64,000 bases of DNA from an uncultured Gammaproteobacteria bacterium (GCA_964452165.1 CAYVKP010000001.1:204110-268109); one strand, 5' to 3'; counted from the stretch's first letter, positions 10,213 to 19,912 are shown. A program made the numbers and translations. Notes: generated by a model from the sequence alone, not told the origin.

Positions 10213-10452
10213 ATTTTTGATTTTGATGGGTTCGCCTGTCATGTAGCAAATAAAGAGAAGAATAATTGTTGCGCCAACAAGAAATGGAACAAATCCTATT
10301 ATGGTATCGCTAACTGAATGGGAGGATTTATCGATTTTTATAAATGAATAAGCAAGGACTGCAAAATATAGCAAAAATACCACAAAGCCTTGAATACTTG
10401 TTGGGTACCAACCGAATCCGTATTTTGATCTAAACCAAAACTTTTTCTCCAT
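10201..10452 (-). CDS. Small two-TM membrane protein
   Basis: WFRSKYGFGWYP motif followed by two hydrophobic helices. Confidence 0.7.
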   Translation of the reverse strand: MEKKFWFRSKYGFGWYPTSIQGFVVFLLYFAVLAYSFIKIDKSSHSVSDTIIGFVPFLVGATIILLFICYMTGEPIKIKNLKI

Positions 10453-10470
10453 ATATAAATCCTAACATAT

Positions 10471-11760
10471 CTATGATACTAATTTGTAACCTCTGGTTTT
10501 TACTGTGACTATTTCATATTTGGAATTTTGTGTTTTTAGCTTTATTCGAAGTCTTGCGACAAGTCTATCAATTGCCCAATCAGAAACCCCGAGTGATTCC
10601 GTTTCGGGCCAAACAGATTGTATAATGTGTTCTCTTTCGCAAACATTATTTTTTTCAGCAATCAAAAGATTTAAGAGCAAGTGTTCTTTTCTTGTTAGAT
10701 CGACTTTATTATTTTGCAATCTGCGTGAATGAATTTTTTCCTGCATGAAAGATGCGAACAGTGGGCTGAAGACACCTTCCTTCTCACTTATGAGTCCCGT
10801 TTTAGATAAATAATCGGCGTTTTGCTTTTCTTCTTTTAGTATTTTTTCGCCACTTTGCATTTTCATAAGAACTTCTTGCTCGGCTGGATCCAGGCTTTCC
10901 CAAAGTTCTTCGGACTGAAGAGAGATTCTCTCGTCCTCAAGTAAAAAAGAGAATAATTCGTTGGGTTTTGGAATATTATTTCTTCTCTCTATTAAAAGAA
11001 TTAGTGCAAAGAAAAGATACTGTGCGTATCCGTCAACGGCTCTGAGAAGTTCTTTTTTCTGACCCTCGGAAAGTTTCAATTTATATTTTTTATTCATTGC
11101 TGAAAAGATTATCTCCGAGTCCTGGGGACTTGCGGGTTTAACATAAAGACTATGTGCGAAAGCGAAAACCTGAGATTTTGTAAAAACCTTAGGTGAGAGA
11201 CTGTCGAGCCCCCGAACGGAAGTGAAAACATAAGACAAGTTGTGATCGGTTGCGGCTACTAATCCTTGGAGATTATTGAAAAATTCCATAGTGACCGCAT
11301 CTTTCATTCTGTCGTATCGCAGGAAAAAAATTGTTGGGGAAAATCCTGCGTCAATTAAGATGATAAGACTTTTCCTTATACTATCAATTGTTAAGAAGAG
11401 ATCTTGAGACTGAATACTGTCTAGAAAAAGTGTTTCGATTTGTTTCCTAATTTTTGGAGAAATGCTGTTTTCATCAACGGCATCTAAAATTCTTTTCTGC
11501 GTTAACACCCAAAAAGGAAAGACCTCGCGTTCTACCAAGTCGTTTAGATCGACAGGAATAAACAAATGTTTTTTCCCATCATTTATATAAATTTCAGCAG
11601 TATTCTTGTGGTATAGAAAAAAGCGTAAGAAATTACTAATTCCAACTCTTTTCATTCCAATGAGAACGACTGAATGGCGGTTCTTAATTTGTTCTCCGAG
11701 AAGCTTGGCATCTTTTTCTCGAAATGTGACGGGGTAGGAAGTCTCGATAATAGATTTCAT
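10471..11760 (-). CDS. AAA-like NTPase domain fused to C-terminal OmpR-type winged-helix DNA-binding domain
   Basis: Degenerate P-loop GMKRVGIS; C-terminal LTRKEHLLL...VW...IDRLVARLRIKL...VTVKTRGY; start uncertain (11760-11796). Confidence 0.75.
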   Translation of the reverse strand: MKSIIETSYPVTFREKDAKLLGEQIKNRHSVVLIGMKRVGISNFLRFFLYHKNTAEIYINDGKKHLFIPVDLNDLVEREVFPFWVLTQKRILDAVDENSISPKIRKQIETLFLDSIQSQDLFLTIDSIRKSLIILIDAGFSPTIFFLRYDRMKDAVTMEFFNNLQGLVAATDHNLSYVFTSVRGLDSLSPKVFTKSQVFAFAHSLYVKPASPQDSEIIFSAMNKKYKLKLSEGQKKELLRAVDGYAQYLFFALILLIERRNNIPKPNELFSFLLEDERISLQSEELWESLDPAEQEVLMKMQSGEKILKEEKQNADYLSKTGLISEKEGVFSPLFASFMQEKIHSRRLQNNKVDLTRKEHLLLNLLIAEKNNVCEREHIIQSVWPETESLGVSDWAIDRLVARLRIKLKTQNSKYEIVTVKTRGYKLVS

Positions 11761-11800
11761 TGCGCTCAATTTTAGCATAAGCGTTTTATTTTGCAAAAAA

Positions 11801-11816
11801 TGTCAGGATCCTGACA
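11801..11816. promoter_or_regulatory. Perfect 16-bp palindrome, candidate operator
   Basis: tgtcaggatcctgaca between divergent AAA-wHTH gene and the ORF at 11875. Confidence 0.45.
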
Positions 11817-11874
11817 GGAATATATCCTTTTTCAGTCAAGCGAGTCCTCATGAGTGTTTTGTAGAATAATTTTT

Positions 11875-12372
11875 ATGGCGCAAGGAGAAAGAGGTTTGTT
11901 TTTGGGAGAAGATCCAGTAGAGGGACAGTCTTTTCAGAGAAAAGTAAGGCTTAGCAGCCATTTAGAAAGGGACTCTGAGATACACGGACAACAGGGTGTA
12001 TACAGGGGTCTTGATGGATCAATTGAAACACACCAGTTAAAGGTTGAAGAAACTCCAGACCAAAAACCTAAGGGATATGGGGGTTACAGCCGTGAAGTTC
12101 GCGACCAAATGAGAAGGGGCTCATACGAGTTGCAGCAAGTGGTCGGTGGTGGTGGAAAGCCTTCTTATATTGAAGTTAAGTTAGATCCCAGTGTTGACCG
12201 AAATCCTATACAGGGAAGTGAACTTGCTCAGGCGGAAACCGTAACGGAAGCAGGACAGGCCGATACACAAGTCGCACAAAGTTCGGCATCGGTCAGGTTA
12301 GTTCGGCCATCAGGACGGCAATTACCAACTCAGGGTCCTATAATGAGAGTTGCTCCAGCACCGGGAAGATAA
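11875..12372 (+). CDS. Hypothetical orphan protein
   Basis: Open frame filling the gap, ATG at 11875; no recognisable motif. Confidence 0.6.
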   Translation: MAQGERGLFLGEDPVEGQSFQRKVRLSSHLERDSEIHGQQGVYRGLDGSIETHQLKVEETPDQKPKGYGGYSREVRDQMRRGSYELQQVVGGGGKPSYIEVKLDPSVDRNPIQGSELAQAETVTEAGQADTQVAQSSASVRLVRPSGRQLPTQGPIMRVAPAPGR

Positions 12373-12379
12373 TTTCCAG

Positions 12380-13048
12380 TTATTGAAATTTAAAGAGGTA
12401 TTGAACTTTTGCTTTCTTCTGAAGATCGCTCAAAAAGGCTTGAATTTTATCATTTAATTTTTGTTGTTCAAGTTGAGTTTTAACTTGTGATTTAAGATCC
12501 TCAGGTTTTGTATCTTGTGGCATACTATCTTTATTTTGAGCAATGTAATCATTAATTTCTTTGTCGGTAACCTTTACTGATCCAACCATTTTCTTAAGCA
12601 TCAATTGAATTTTTATTTGATCCATTAAGTCTGCTCTTGTTAAGTTTTGTTGTGCCAGCAAGTCATCAAGAGTTGCTCCCTGGCTCTTAACACTCTTTTC
12701 AATATCTGCAATTTGTGAATTGACTTCACCTGTTGAGACCGTAATTTTTCTCTTATGTGCTTCTTGCATGACCAGCTCTTTTGTGACTAGCGAATCAAGA
12801 ACTGTTTTTCCGTCTTTTTTCTCAAGCTCGTTTACGAGTTGAAAGCGAGTAATTGGTTGACCGTTAACGTTTGCAACAACAAATTGATTTCTCAAGAGAA
12901 CAAGCGCGGTACTTACCACTGCAATAAAAATTATTGGCGCAACTCTTTTCATTTGAAAGCTTGGCTCACTTTTTGCGCTTCTTGAAACGACGGGTTTACG
13001 CGAGGATTTAGTTTGGGTTCTTTTGGCGGGCTTTTTAATTGCCATCAA
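12380..13048 (-). CDS. SurA N-terminal-domain / PrsA-like foldase lacking a parvulin domain
   Basis: TM anchor, VANVNGQPIT, LVMQEA..KITVS, VTDKEINDY, LQKKAKV. Confidence 0.8.
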   Translation of the reverse strand: MMAIKKPAKRTQTKSSRKPVVSRSAKSEPSFQMKRVAPIIFIAVVSTALVLLRNQFVVANVNGQPITRFQLVNELEKKDGKTVLDSLVTKELVMQEAHKRKITVSTGEVNSQIADIEKSVKSQGATLDDLLAQQNLTRADLMDQIKIQLMLKKMVGSVKVTDKEINDYIAQNKDSMPQDTKPEDLKSQVKTQLEQQKLNDKIQAFLSDLQKKAKVQYLFKFQ

Positions 13049-13099
13049 ACGATTATAGCAAATAAATTAAAAAAAGATAGCACTTTTTGTACGATAAAT

Positions 13100-13432
13100 T
13101 TACAGTATTGATCCACCGCTGTCTTCTCCCGCCTTGCGGGATCGCAGCCGGTCTCCCTCGTCCTTCGGACTCAGTCCGACCCACCTTGAAAGCGTTGGGA
13201 TTAACGTTTTTGCTAACTCCTCTGCTTCTGCTTGATCCATTTGTTGATCATCAATCATTCTGGCAGAGGATCTTCCTATCATCTCGGAAAGTTGTAGGTT
13301 GGGTTCACGGAACTGCCCCTGTTCAAAACAAAACTTGCAGTAAGTATCGCTTGCTGTTCCGTCGGCATTGGTTCCGTAAAATCCAACCCCCAGTGGCATT
13401 CCGCATGATTGGCATCTATTTTTTCCCTCCAT
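13100..13432 (-). CDS. Zinc-ribbon domain protein with repeat-derived C-terminal extension
   Basis: CQSCGMP...YCKFCF...IPTLSRW; last ~26 aa are encoded by the repeat at 13113-13182. Confidence 0.8.
   Translation of the reverse strand: MEGKNRCQSCGMPLGVGFYGTNADGTASDTYCKFCFEQGQFREPNLQLSEMIGRSSARMIDDQQMDQAEAEELAKTLIPTLSRWVGLSPKDEGDRLRSRKAGEDSGGSIL
13113..13182. repeat. Structured dispersed repeat, copy A
   Basis: ccaccgctgtcttc-[hairpin]-tcgcagccggtctccct-[hairpin]-tcagtccgaccc; matches 44330-44394. Confidence 0.8.
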
Positions 13433-13434
13433 AA

Positions 13435-14019
13435 TTATTCTCCGGAGTCCGTCTTAATAAGATTTTTTGGGTGTACTATTGGTTGGGGTAAGCTGTTTTT
13501 CATTTGTTCCACGAGAGATTTATTTGCTCTTCCCATCTGGTCAAGAATTGCCCTTTCAATATAGCCGGTATCAATTCTTTCAAGCATTTTTTCAAGTTGA
13601 GGATCCGGCTTTTTGATTCCCATCTCTTTTTTAATCTCAGCAAGTACTCCAAGTATTTTTGTTATCTCCTCTTCAGCAATTAAGTTAACACCGAGATGAA
13701 CTTCATCACGAATAGTTGAAATATAAGAAGAGCGATTCTGCGATACTAGGACAAAAATTGATAAGAAAATTGCTTCAAGTGAAACAACCATTGTTAAAAA
13801 ACCGAATGGGTAAGGATCAAAGGGTTTAATTTCTGCGATTTGTCCAGTATTGAGAACTACCCAACCGGCAAAAAAGATTACATGAAAAAGAAGAAAGGGT
13901 GTTGAACCGCAAATAGTAGTTAATTCGTCGGAAATTTGCGTAAGAAAAGAACGTGATCGCAAAGATTTTGCCTCAAATGATTTGAAAAACTGCCTCCGCT
14001 GCGTACTCTTTGATGCCAT
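13435..14019 (-). CDS. DUF1003 membrane protein
   Basis: FDPYPFGFLTMVVSLEAIFLSIFVLVSQNR signature. Confidence 0.85.
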   Translation of the reverse strand: MASKSTQRRQFFKSFEAKSLRSRSFLTQISDELTTICGSTPFLLFHVIFFAGWVVLNTGQIAEIKPFDPYPFGFLTMVVSLEAIFLSIFVLVSQNRSSYISTIRDEVHLGVNLIAEEEITKILGVLAEIKKEMGIKKPDPQLEKMLERIDTGYIERAILDQMGRANKSLVEQMKNSLPQPIVHPKNLIKTDSGE

Positions 14020-14050
14020 AATTTAGGTTAACAACTTTGTTTAGTGTTGT

Positions 14051-14452
14051 CTAGGGGTTGGGATGCTTGTCTTTTTCAGCCGGTTTGAAATCTAGAGCTA
14101 GAGAGTTTATGCAATAGCGTAGTCCTGTGGGTTTTGGTCCATCGTTGAAAACGTGGCCCAGATGAGAACCGCATTTTTTACAAAGGACTTCAGTGCGGCT
14201 CATTCCCAAGGTGTCGTCATCTTCAAGCGTTACATTATCTTTTGCAACGGTGTTCCAAAAGCTTGGCCAGCCTGTTCCGGAGTCAAATTTAGTGTCTGAG
14301 TCAAAAAGTTTGCTCCCGCAGACCACGCAAACATACATTCCAACATCGTGATTATCCGAGTATTTTCCTGAAAATGGAGGTTCTGTGCCCTTCAAAAAAC
14401 AAATATTATACTGTTCCGGAGTTAATTTTTTCTTAGCTTCATCAGGGTTCAT
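14051..14452 (-). CDS. msrB: Peptide-methionine (R)-S-oxide reductase
   Basis: [32 protein letters not shown]. Confidence 0.95.
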   Translation of the reverse strand: MNPDEAKKKLTPEQYNICFLKGTEPPFSGKYSDNHDVGMYVCVVCGSKLFDSDTKFDSGTGWPSFWNTVAKDNVTLEDDDTLGMSRTEVLCKKCGSHLGHVFNDGPKPTGLRYCINSLALDFKPAEKDKHPNP

Positions 14453-14554
14453 AATTCAAATTCATTATACACCCTAAATTACCCCGAGTGGATTTTCACT
14501 CAATTCTTACACGTATCTTCTTTTCCTCATAAATTAGGAGCCTAGTATAGTTTT

Positions 14555-14707
14555 ATGACGGTAAAAAAGAAAAGGAAACGCCCATATTATGGAAAAAAGG
14601 GTGGAGTGGCAGAGTATAAGGATGAAATGAAATTTGACATTTTTTCGACGCTTAAGGCTCTTAAAGGGTACTATAATGGTAAATCGTCCGAGAGTGGAAA
14701 AAGCTAG
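14555..14707 (+). CDS. Possible 50-aa basic small protein (not in ORF track)
   Basis: MTVKKKRKRPYYGKKGG...SGKS*, upstream AGGAG, stop overlaps the convergent DUF2130 stop. Confidence 0.45.
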   Translation: MTVKKKRKRPYYGKKGGVAEYKDEMKFDIFSTLKALKGYYNGKSSESGKS

Positions 14708-15804
14708 ACGTCACTGTCATTCTCCGCCTCGCTTCCGGCGTTAAGACTTAATGTTTTAATGTCAGGTAGTGATGGCCCCATAATTCCCTGAAGCTCTCCC
14801 CATAAATTAGCAATATTATTCTCAGCCTTTGTAATTTGCATTTGACGTTTTTTCCAAATGCGGTTCAGTGAGTTTTGTTCTGTTATTAAATCGTTTCTCA
14901 TTTCAATAATCCCTTCCGCGTACGCCTCGAATCGGTGACGGAAAGAGTCGCTTTGTAAATATTGATATAGCATTTCAAGCTTCTCGTCTTTATTCGCTGC
15001 CGCGGATTTTGCTTGGGCTACCATCATGAGATTTCTCCTCAGAATTTGTGCGAGCGGAATGGAGTAGGGATATGAAGTAACTAAAACTCCATCAATTACC
15101 TTAAAATTTTCAATTTCTTTCGGTAGAGTTTCAGATACCAGTACGGACATGCTTGTACCTGCTTTTCTGGCGTCTTCCCGTAATTTTGGAAGCCATGAGG
15201 GGCTCCAGGCAGCGCGTTTTGTCTCCCATAGAATAGTTCCCGCAGTTTTTCCAAAAGAGTTTCTCACGTGTTGAATAATGTCACCACCGCGGACTCCCTT
15301 TCCCACGGGTTCAATTATGTCTGTAGGGAAAGTTTGCTTGAGCTTCTCTTCAAGGTCAAGTTCGAGTGCCTCTCCTTGTAATTGTTGACTTCCGGTAAGC
15401 GTTGCCTTTCTATTTAATTCTTCGATTTTTCGTCTTAGGCTTTCTTTTTCTTCTTCTTGCTCTTTAAGTTTAACTTTAAATTCTTCGTCCTTGTCTCGGA
15501 CAATTTTTTCTTCAATTTTCTTCCTCTCAGCGTCAATTTTTCTTTGGGTCTCAAGTTCAAGATTTTTTTCTTTTTCCTCAAGTTCTCTTTTTTCGCGCCG
15601 GAGTTCTAGCTCTTTTTGAACAAATTCATCGTTTTTCTTTTTCTGTTCGTCTAGTTGTTTTTTAAGATCGGAGAGCTCTAAGTTCTGTTTTTCTGAGACT
15701 TCTTTTACAACGTCCTGTTTTACCTTTTCTTCAATGTCATGCTTGAGAGCTTCTGAGATTTCAAAATCTTTTCCACAATGAATGCAGCGAATAGTGGAGT
15801 TCAT
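14704..15804 (-). CDS. DUF2130 coiled-coil protein
   Basis: N-terminal CIHC, coiled coil, GSQQLQGEALEL, FPTDIIEPVGKGVRGGD, ILWETKR. Confidence 0.85.
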   Translation of the reverse strand: MNSTIRCIHCGKDFEISEALKHDIEEKVKQDVVKEVSEKQNLELSDLKKQLDEQKKKNDEFVQKELELRREKRELEEKEKNLELETQRKIDAERKKIEEKIVRDKDEEFKVKLKEQEEEKESLRRKIEELNRKATLTGSQQLQGEALELDLEEKLKQTFPTDIIEPVGKGVRGGDIIQHVRNSFGKTAGTILWETKRAAWSPSWLPKLREDARKAGTSMSVLVSETLPKEIENFKVIDGVLVTSYPYSIPLAQILRRNLMMVAQAKSAAANKDEKLEMLYQYLQSDSFRHRFEAYAEGIIEMRNDLITEQNSLNRIWKKRQMQITKAENNIANLWGELQGIMGPSLPDIKTLSLNAGSEAENDSDV

Positions 15805-15846
15805 AAGTACGGACTATTATAGTACAAAATATTCGTCAGAAAAGAC

Positions 15847-16950
15847 TTAAATTATTTGTTCCCAGGGGAAGTTGTTGCGGCCAAAGTGGCCATACGCTGA
15901 AGTTTCAAGATAGATCGGACGTCTGAGATTTAATCCTTCAATTATTCCTTCAACAGAGCAATCCAAAGTTTTCTTCATAAAATCACGAATCACTTTGTCG
16001 CTCTTTTTTTCGCTGCCAAAAGTCTCGGCCTCTTGCATAACCGGTTTTTTGGCGCCAATAAAGTAGGCAAGTCTTACTTCGGCCCGTTCGGCAAGACCCG
16101 CGGCTACTATATTTTTTGCTAAAAATCTGGCTGCATACGCACCGCTTCTATCAACTTTTGTAGGATCTTTTCCTGAAAACGCACCACCGCCAACTCTTGC
16201 ATAGCCACCATATGTGTCAACGATTATTTTTCGTCCAGTGACTCCCGTGTCTGCTGCGGGACCTGAGAAATGCCATACTCCGGTTCCATTAAGTACCACA
16301 TCGCTTGGACTCACCTTAAAACCGAAACTATCAAGAACCGGCCTGACGATTTCACGAATAATGTCTTTTTTAACATCTTTAATATCTACGTTTTCGTTAT
16401 GCGGCGCGGCAATTACTACATTTACTACTCGGACAGGCTTGCCGTTTTTATATTCAACTCCAACTTGGCTTTTGCCATCAGGACGAAGATAGGGTAGAGT
16501 CTCGCTTTCCCTCGCAGTATCAATTGCACGTGCCAAGCTATGAGCGATTGCAATAGGCACGGGCATAAGAGTATCTGTTTCTTTGCAGGCGTATCCAAAC
16601 ATCATTCCTTGATCGCCTGCCCCTTTTTTTTTGACGCCAACCGCAATTTCAGGAGATTGTTGGTGAATCAAAATGTTCACTGGAGATTTATGCGTAAATT
16701 CAAGTTTGGGTATGTCGTATCCGAGTCTTTTTATTTGTTCTCGGGCAATTTTCTCGAAAGGAATTTTTGTGTGAGCAGTTACTTCGCCCGCCAAAGTCAC
16801 GTGGTTTTTTGTTACTAAAGTTTCCACCGCAACTTTACCGTATTTATCTTTAGCAAGAACCGAGTCTACAACAGCGTCGGAAATTGCATCGCAAACTTTA
16901 TCCGGGTGTCCAGCGCAAACTGATTCAGAAGTAAAAACGTAATTCGTCAT
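15847..16950 (-). CDS. metK: S-adenosylmethionine synthetase
   Basis: FTSESV..GHPDK, GAGDQG, GGGAFSGKDPTKVDRS. Confidence 0.97.
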   Translation of the reverse strand: MTNYVFTSESVCAGHPDKVCDAISDAVVDSVLAKDKYGKVAVETLVTKNHVTLAGEVTAHTKIPFEKIAREQIKRLGYDIPKLEFTHKSPVNILIHQQSPEIAVGVKKKGAGDQGMMFGYACKETDTLMPVPIAIAHSLARAIDTARESETLPYLRPDGKSQVGVEYKNGKPVRVVNVVIAAPHNENVDIKDVKKDIIREIVRPVLDSFGFKVSPSDVVLNGTGVWHFSGPAADTGVTGRKIIVDTYGGYARVGGGAFSGKDPTKVDRSGAYAARFLAKNIVAAGLAERAEVRLAYFIGAKKPVMQEAETFGSEKKSDKVIRDFMKKTLDCSVEGIIEGLNLRRPIYLETSAYGHFGRNNFPWEQII

Positions 16951-17064
16951 AAGCTTTTGTCCCGCTTCGCCAAGGCTTCGAAGGACCGCATTTGTTCGAG
17001 TAACATGGCACCGGAAAACTTACGGTTGCCGTCCACACCTACTTGGCGGGATCTCTTAATGCTT
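16951..17064 (-). ncRNA. SAM-I/IV-type riboswitch upstream of metK
   Basis: Minus strand GCAUUAAGAG...GGCAACC...GGUGCC...AUGC core, then gtcc/ggac P5 hairpin; P3 loop UAAGUUUU complements AAAAGCUUA at the start codon. Confidence 0.8.
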
Positions 17065-17115
17065 GAACTATTAAAACATACAAAAAAGACGATTACAATA
17101 GGATAATCGCAAGTC

Positions 17116-17346
17116 TTACCTGCTCTTTTCCATCATCATCTTCTGAGTGTTAAGTTGTGTTTGCAAATCTGAAATTTTGTTTTCGCGTTCCATAACCATA
17201 TCATAAGTTCTTCGCAATTGAGTTTTATATTTGAAGCGCGCGACGAAAAATCCGGCAGCAAAACCCACAACGAGCAAAATTATTATCATGAGAGTTTTAT
17301 TGTCTGTTGTACTTTTACTTGATGTTGTTTTTGATCTTTTTGCCAT
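17116..17346 (-). CDS. Small single-TM protein with coiled coil
   Basis: GAGGTGA SD upstream; TM helix then coiled coil. Confidence 0.7.
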   Translation of the reverse strand: MAKRSKTTSSKSTTDNKTLMIIILLVVGFAAGFFVARFKYKTQLRRTYDMVMERENKISDLQTQLNTQKMMMEKSR

Positions 17347-17455
17347 AAAAAATCACCTCTTCTCCATAAAAATAGTATCTGAGGGATCAGATACTAAGGT
17401 AGCCCAAAACATATTCAGTATGAAGCAAATTATCAATTTGTGTCAAGAGGTACTT

Positions 17456-18217
17456 TTATTTTGTTTCAAAATACAAAGTGACGGTTGATGTGACGGTTTG
17501 ACTTCCGGGTTCAATATCCGGCGTTTTGAGTGCCGAATCCAAAGCTCCTCGCGCAGCGTAAGGCATAATTTGAGGAGTTTGGGGACCCGATTCAACAATG
17601 TTGGTTATTCTTCCAAGTCTTATGCCAAGTTGTCCTGCCAACTTTTTAGCTTGGTCCTTAGCGTTATCAATTGCTTTTTGGCGAGCTTCTTCTCTGTATT
17701 TTTCAGGACTTTCAACTGTAAATCCGGAATTTGTAACCTGATTTGCTCCAGCTTGAGTTGCCGTTGCCAAGACCTGTGATAAAAGTTCTTGTCTGCGTAC
17801 TGTAATATTTACAGTTGCATTCCCGGTGTAGCCTGCGATGCTGTTTGTTCCACCCGGAGCATAGTTATAAGAAGGACTTACGGAGTAATTTGTTGTTTTG
17901 ATGTCTTTTTTCTCAACGCCAAGCCTTGTTAAGGCGTTTACTATATTGTTATTAACGTTTGTTACTTTTTGACTTGCATCATCTGCGGTTTTTGAGTCCG
18001 CAACCACAATGGAAGCCTGTACGTTTGCAGTATCCGGAACCGCATCTATTTTCCCCTCTCCAATAACCGAAAACTCACCCGACACATTTCTTGTAGTTAT
18101 AGATATAGGTAAATTAATATTGAAGAAATTTAAAAACCAGAGGACAAATATTGTCACAATCCCAAGCATTATTACAGGAAAATGGCGAGGTTCGTTTGGC
18201 ATACTTTCATTAAACAT
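17456..18217 (-). CDS. SIMPL-domain (DUF541/BP26) protein
   Basis: VIGEGKIDAVPD, DIKTTNYSVSPSY, ARQKAIDNAKDQAKKLA, IEPGSQTVTSTV. Confidence 0.9.
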   Translation of the reverse strand: MFNESMPNEPRHFPVIMLGIVTIFVLWFLNFFNINLPISITTRNVSGEFSVIGEGKIDAVPDTANVQASIVVADSKTADDASQKVTNVNNNIVNALTRLGVEKKDIKTTNYSVSPSYNYAPGGTNSIAGYTGNATVNITVRRQELLSQVLATATQAGANQVTNSGFTVESPEKYREEARQKAIDNAKDQAKKLAGQLGIRLGRITNIVESGPQTPQIMPYAARGALDSALKTPDIEPGSQTVTSTVTLYFETK

Positions 18218-18476
18218 AATTGGGGAAGTTTATGCAAATTTTTGTTTCTATGGAGAATTTGTTGCGGAGCCCTTTATTTATATAGGATAGAAAATAACAT
18301 AAAATCAGCATTTTTCTTGCAATTTTATTATCAAATCTTGTAGTAATTCAGCATTTATTTTTTGTACCATTAAAACAGTCTATTGTTAAAGACATTTTAG
18401 GGTGTATAATCTTATAAGATTTTCCTGCCCGTAAATTAAATTTATGGACGAGGAAGAGTTCTGTTTCGATTAGTAC

Positions 18477-18505
18477 TTGACAAGTCAATACTTATAGGAT
18501 ACAAT
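18477..18505 (+). promoter_or_regulatory. Sigma70 promoter of the first sortase substrate
   Basis: TTGACA-17 bp-TACAAT. Confidence 0.65.
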
Positions 18506-18549
18506 CCGTTTTATTGACGACAACTGCCCTAAATGGTAGTTGTTTTTTT

Positions 18550-19383
18550 ATGAAGAATTTATTCAAAAATAATTTAATTCACGCTTTCATCGCTTTGGCA
18601 ATTGTTGGCGTCTTTGTTTTTGCGTCAAAATCCTTTGCACAATCCGCACCAAAAGTCATGATCTGCCACGGCACCGACTCGGTTACCAATCCTTATCAAA
18701 CTCCAAACGTTGACATTTCATCTGCAACAGCTGAAGGTCACGCTAGTCACACAGGACCAGTAGCAACAGATGCGGTAGTAGCGCAAGCATTAAAAGATGC
18801 GCACATTCAATGGGGAGATATTATTCCCCCGTTCCCTTTGAGTGGTGTAGTAGGTGGACTCAACTGGACACCGGATGGTATAGCAATTTGGAATAATGGT
18901 TGTAAGTATGTGACGCCTCCCGCTACTCACAAAGCATGTTCTGGCGGTGCATGTACGGTTGTTGCCGGTATAGGAACTGATAGTTGTACTACAAATGCTA
19001 ATTGTCTGCCTAATCCTACTCACAAAGAATGTCAGAGAAATGCTTGCGTAGTCGTAAACGGTGCAGCAACTGATTCATGCAGCGTGGATGCTGATTGTGC
19101 CGCACCAACACCAACTCCAACACCAACTCCTACAAATACACCTAACAACCCAGGCAATCCCGGTGGACCTGGAGACGGAAAATCTGATGGACGTTCAAGT
19201 TGCCCAGAATGTACTCAGGCTCCAAAACAAGGACAGGTACTTGGTGCATCAACATTTGCAGGAACCGGTACTTTTGATTCAACTCTTGCAACAGCAGAAC
19301 AAGCCGCGGGAATCCTCCTCTCAGCAGGCGCAGTAGCGTATGCCCAAATCAAAACTAAAAAAAAGAGCAAAGCAAGCAAATAA
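18550..19383 (+). CDS. Cys-rich surface protein, probable sortase substrate (VLGAST-FAGTG)
   Basis: Signal peptide, ICH motif, two THKxC..C..V.G..TDSC repeats, PT linker, GQVLGASTFAGTG, hydrophobic segment, Lys tail. Confidence 0.75.
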   Translation: MKNLFKNNLIHAFIALAIVGVFVFASKSFAQSAPKVMICHGTDSVTNPYQTPNVDISSATAEGHASHTGPVATDAVVAQALKDAHIQWGDIIPPFPLSGVVGGLNWTPDGIAIWNNGCKYVTPPATHKACSGGACTVVAGIGTDSCTTNANCLPNPTHKECQRNACVVVNGAATDSCSVDADCAAPTPTPTPTPTNTPNNPGNPGGPGDGKSDGRSSCPECTQAPKQGQVLGASTFAGTGTFDSTLATAEQAAGILLSAGAVAYAQIKTKKKSKASK

Positions 19384-19912
19384 GCACCCCTTTGTAGAAA
19401 AATTAATCGCTCTTGGAATCCTACTTTTTCTACTAGGTACCATCACGCACCTGCAAATTTTCACAAACGCCCTGATTAGCCAAAGGGAACAGCCTAAAAA
19501 GGTTTACGTGGCACAGGATCCGTCATCTATTTCAATTCCGTCGGTAAGAATTAACGTGAAGGTTGATGAAGGGGGTATAGCTTCGGGTAATTGGATTCTA
19601 TCTTCCGATAAAGCTCTATACTTACCCACAAGTGGAAAAATTGGGGAAGGCTACAATACCATAATCTACGCACACGACACCAATAATCTTTTTGGGCCTC
19701 TTCTTTGGGTAAAAAAGGGCGATTTAATTCTTCTTACTGACAGAAAAGGAAAGGAATTTAAGTATAAAATTTTCTCAACAGAAGAGGTTGACCCCAAAGA
19801 TCTGAGCAAGCTATATTCCACAGAGAAAAACATAGTCACGCTATTTACATGCGACGGGTGGTTTGATGAGAAAAGACTATTAGTAAAAGCAAAGCTACTT
19901 CAGAAAAGCTAA
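19340..19912 (+). CDS. Sortase (no. 1)
   Basis: TM anchor, NTIIYAH, TLFTC, RLLVKA: His/Cys/Arg triad. Confidence 0.9.
   Translation: MPKSKLKKRAKQANKHPFVEKLIALGILLFLLGTITHLQIFTNALISQREQPKKVYVAQDPSSISIPSVRINVKVDEGGIASGNWILSSDKALYLPTSGKIGEGYNTIIYAHDTNNLFGPLLWVKKGDLILLTDRKGKEFKYKIFSTEEVDPKDLSKLYSTEKNIVTLFTCDGWFDEKRLLVKAKLLQKS

Noticed and set aside
13087-13434. 115-aa plus-strand ORF
   Set aside because: Antisense to the zinc-ribbon gene, which has clear family motifs
18422-18455. Hairpin ttcctgcccgtaaat...atttatggacgaggaa as riboswitch
   Set aside because: No recognisable aptamer consensus; a single imperfect stem
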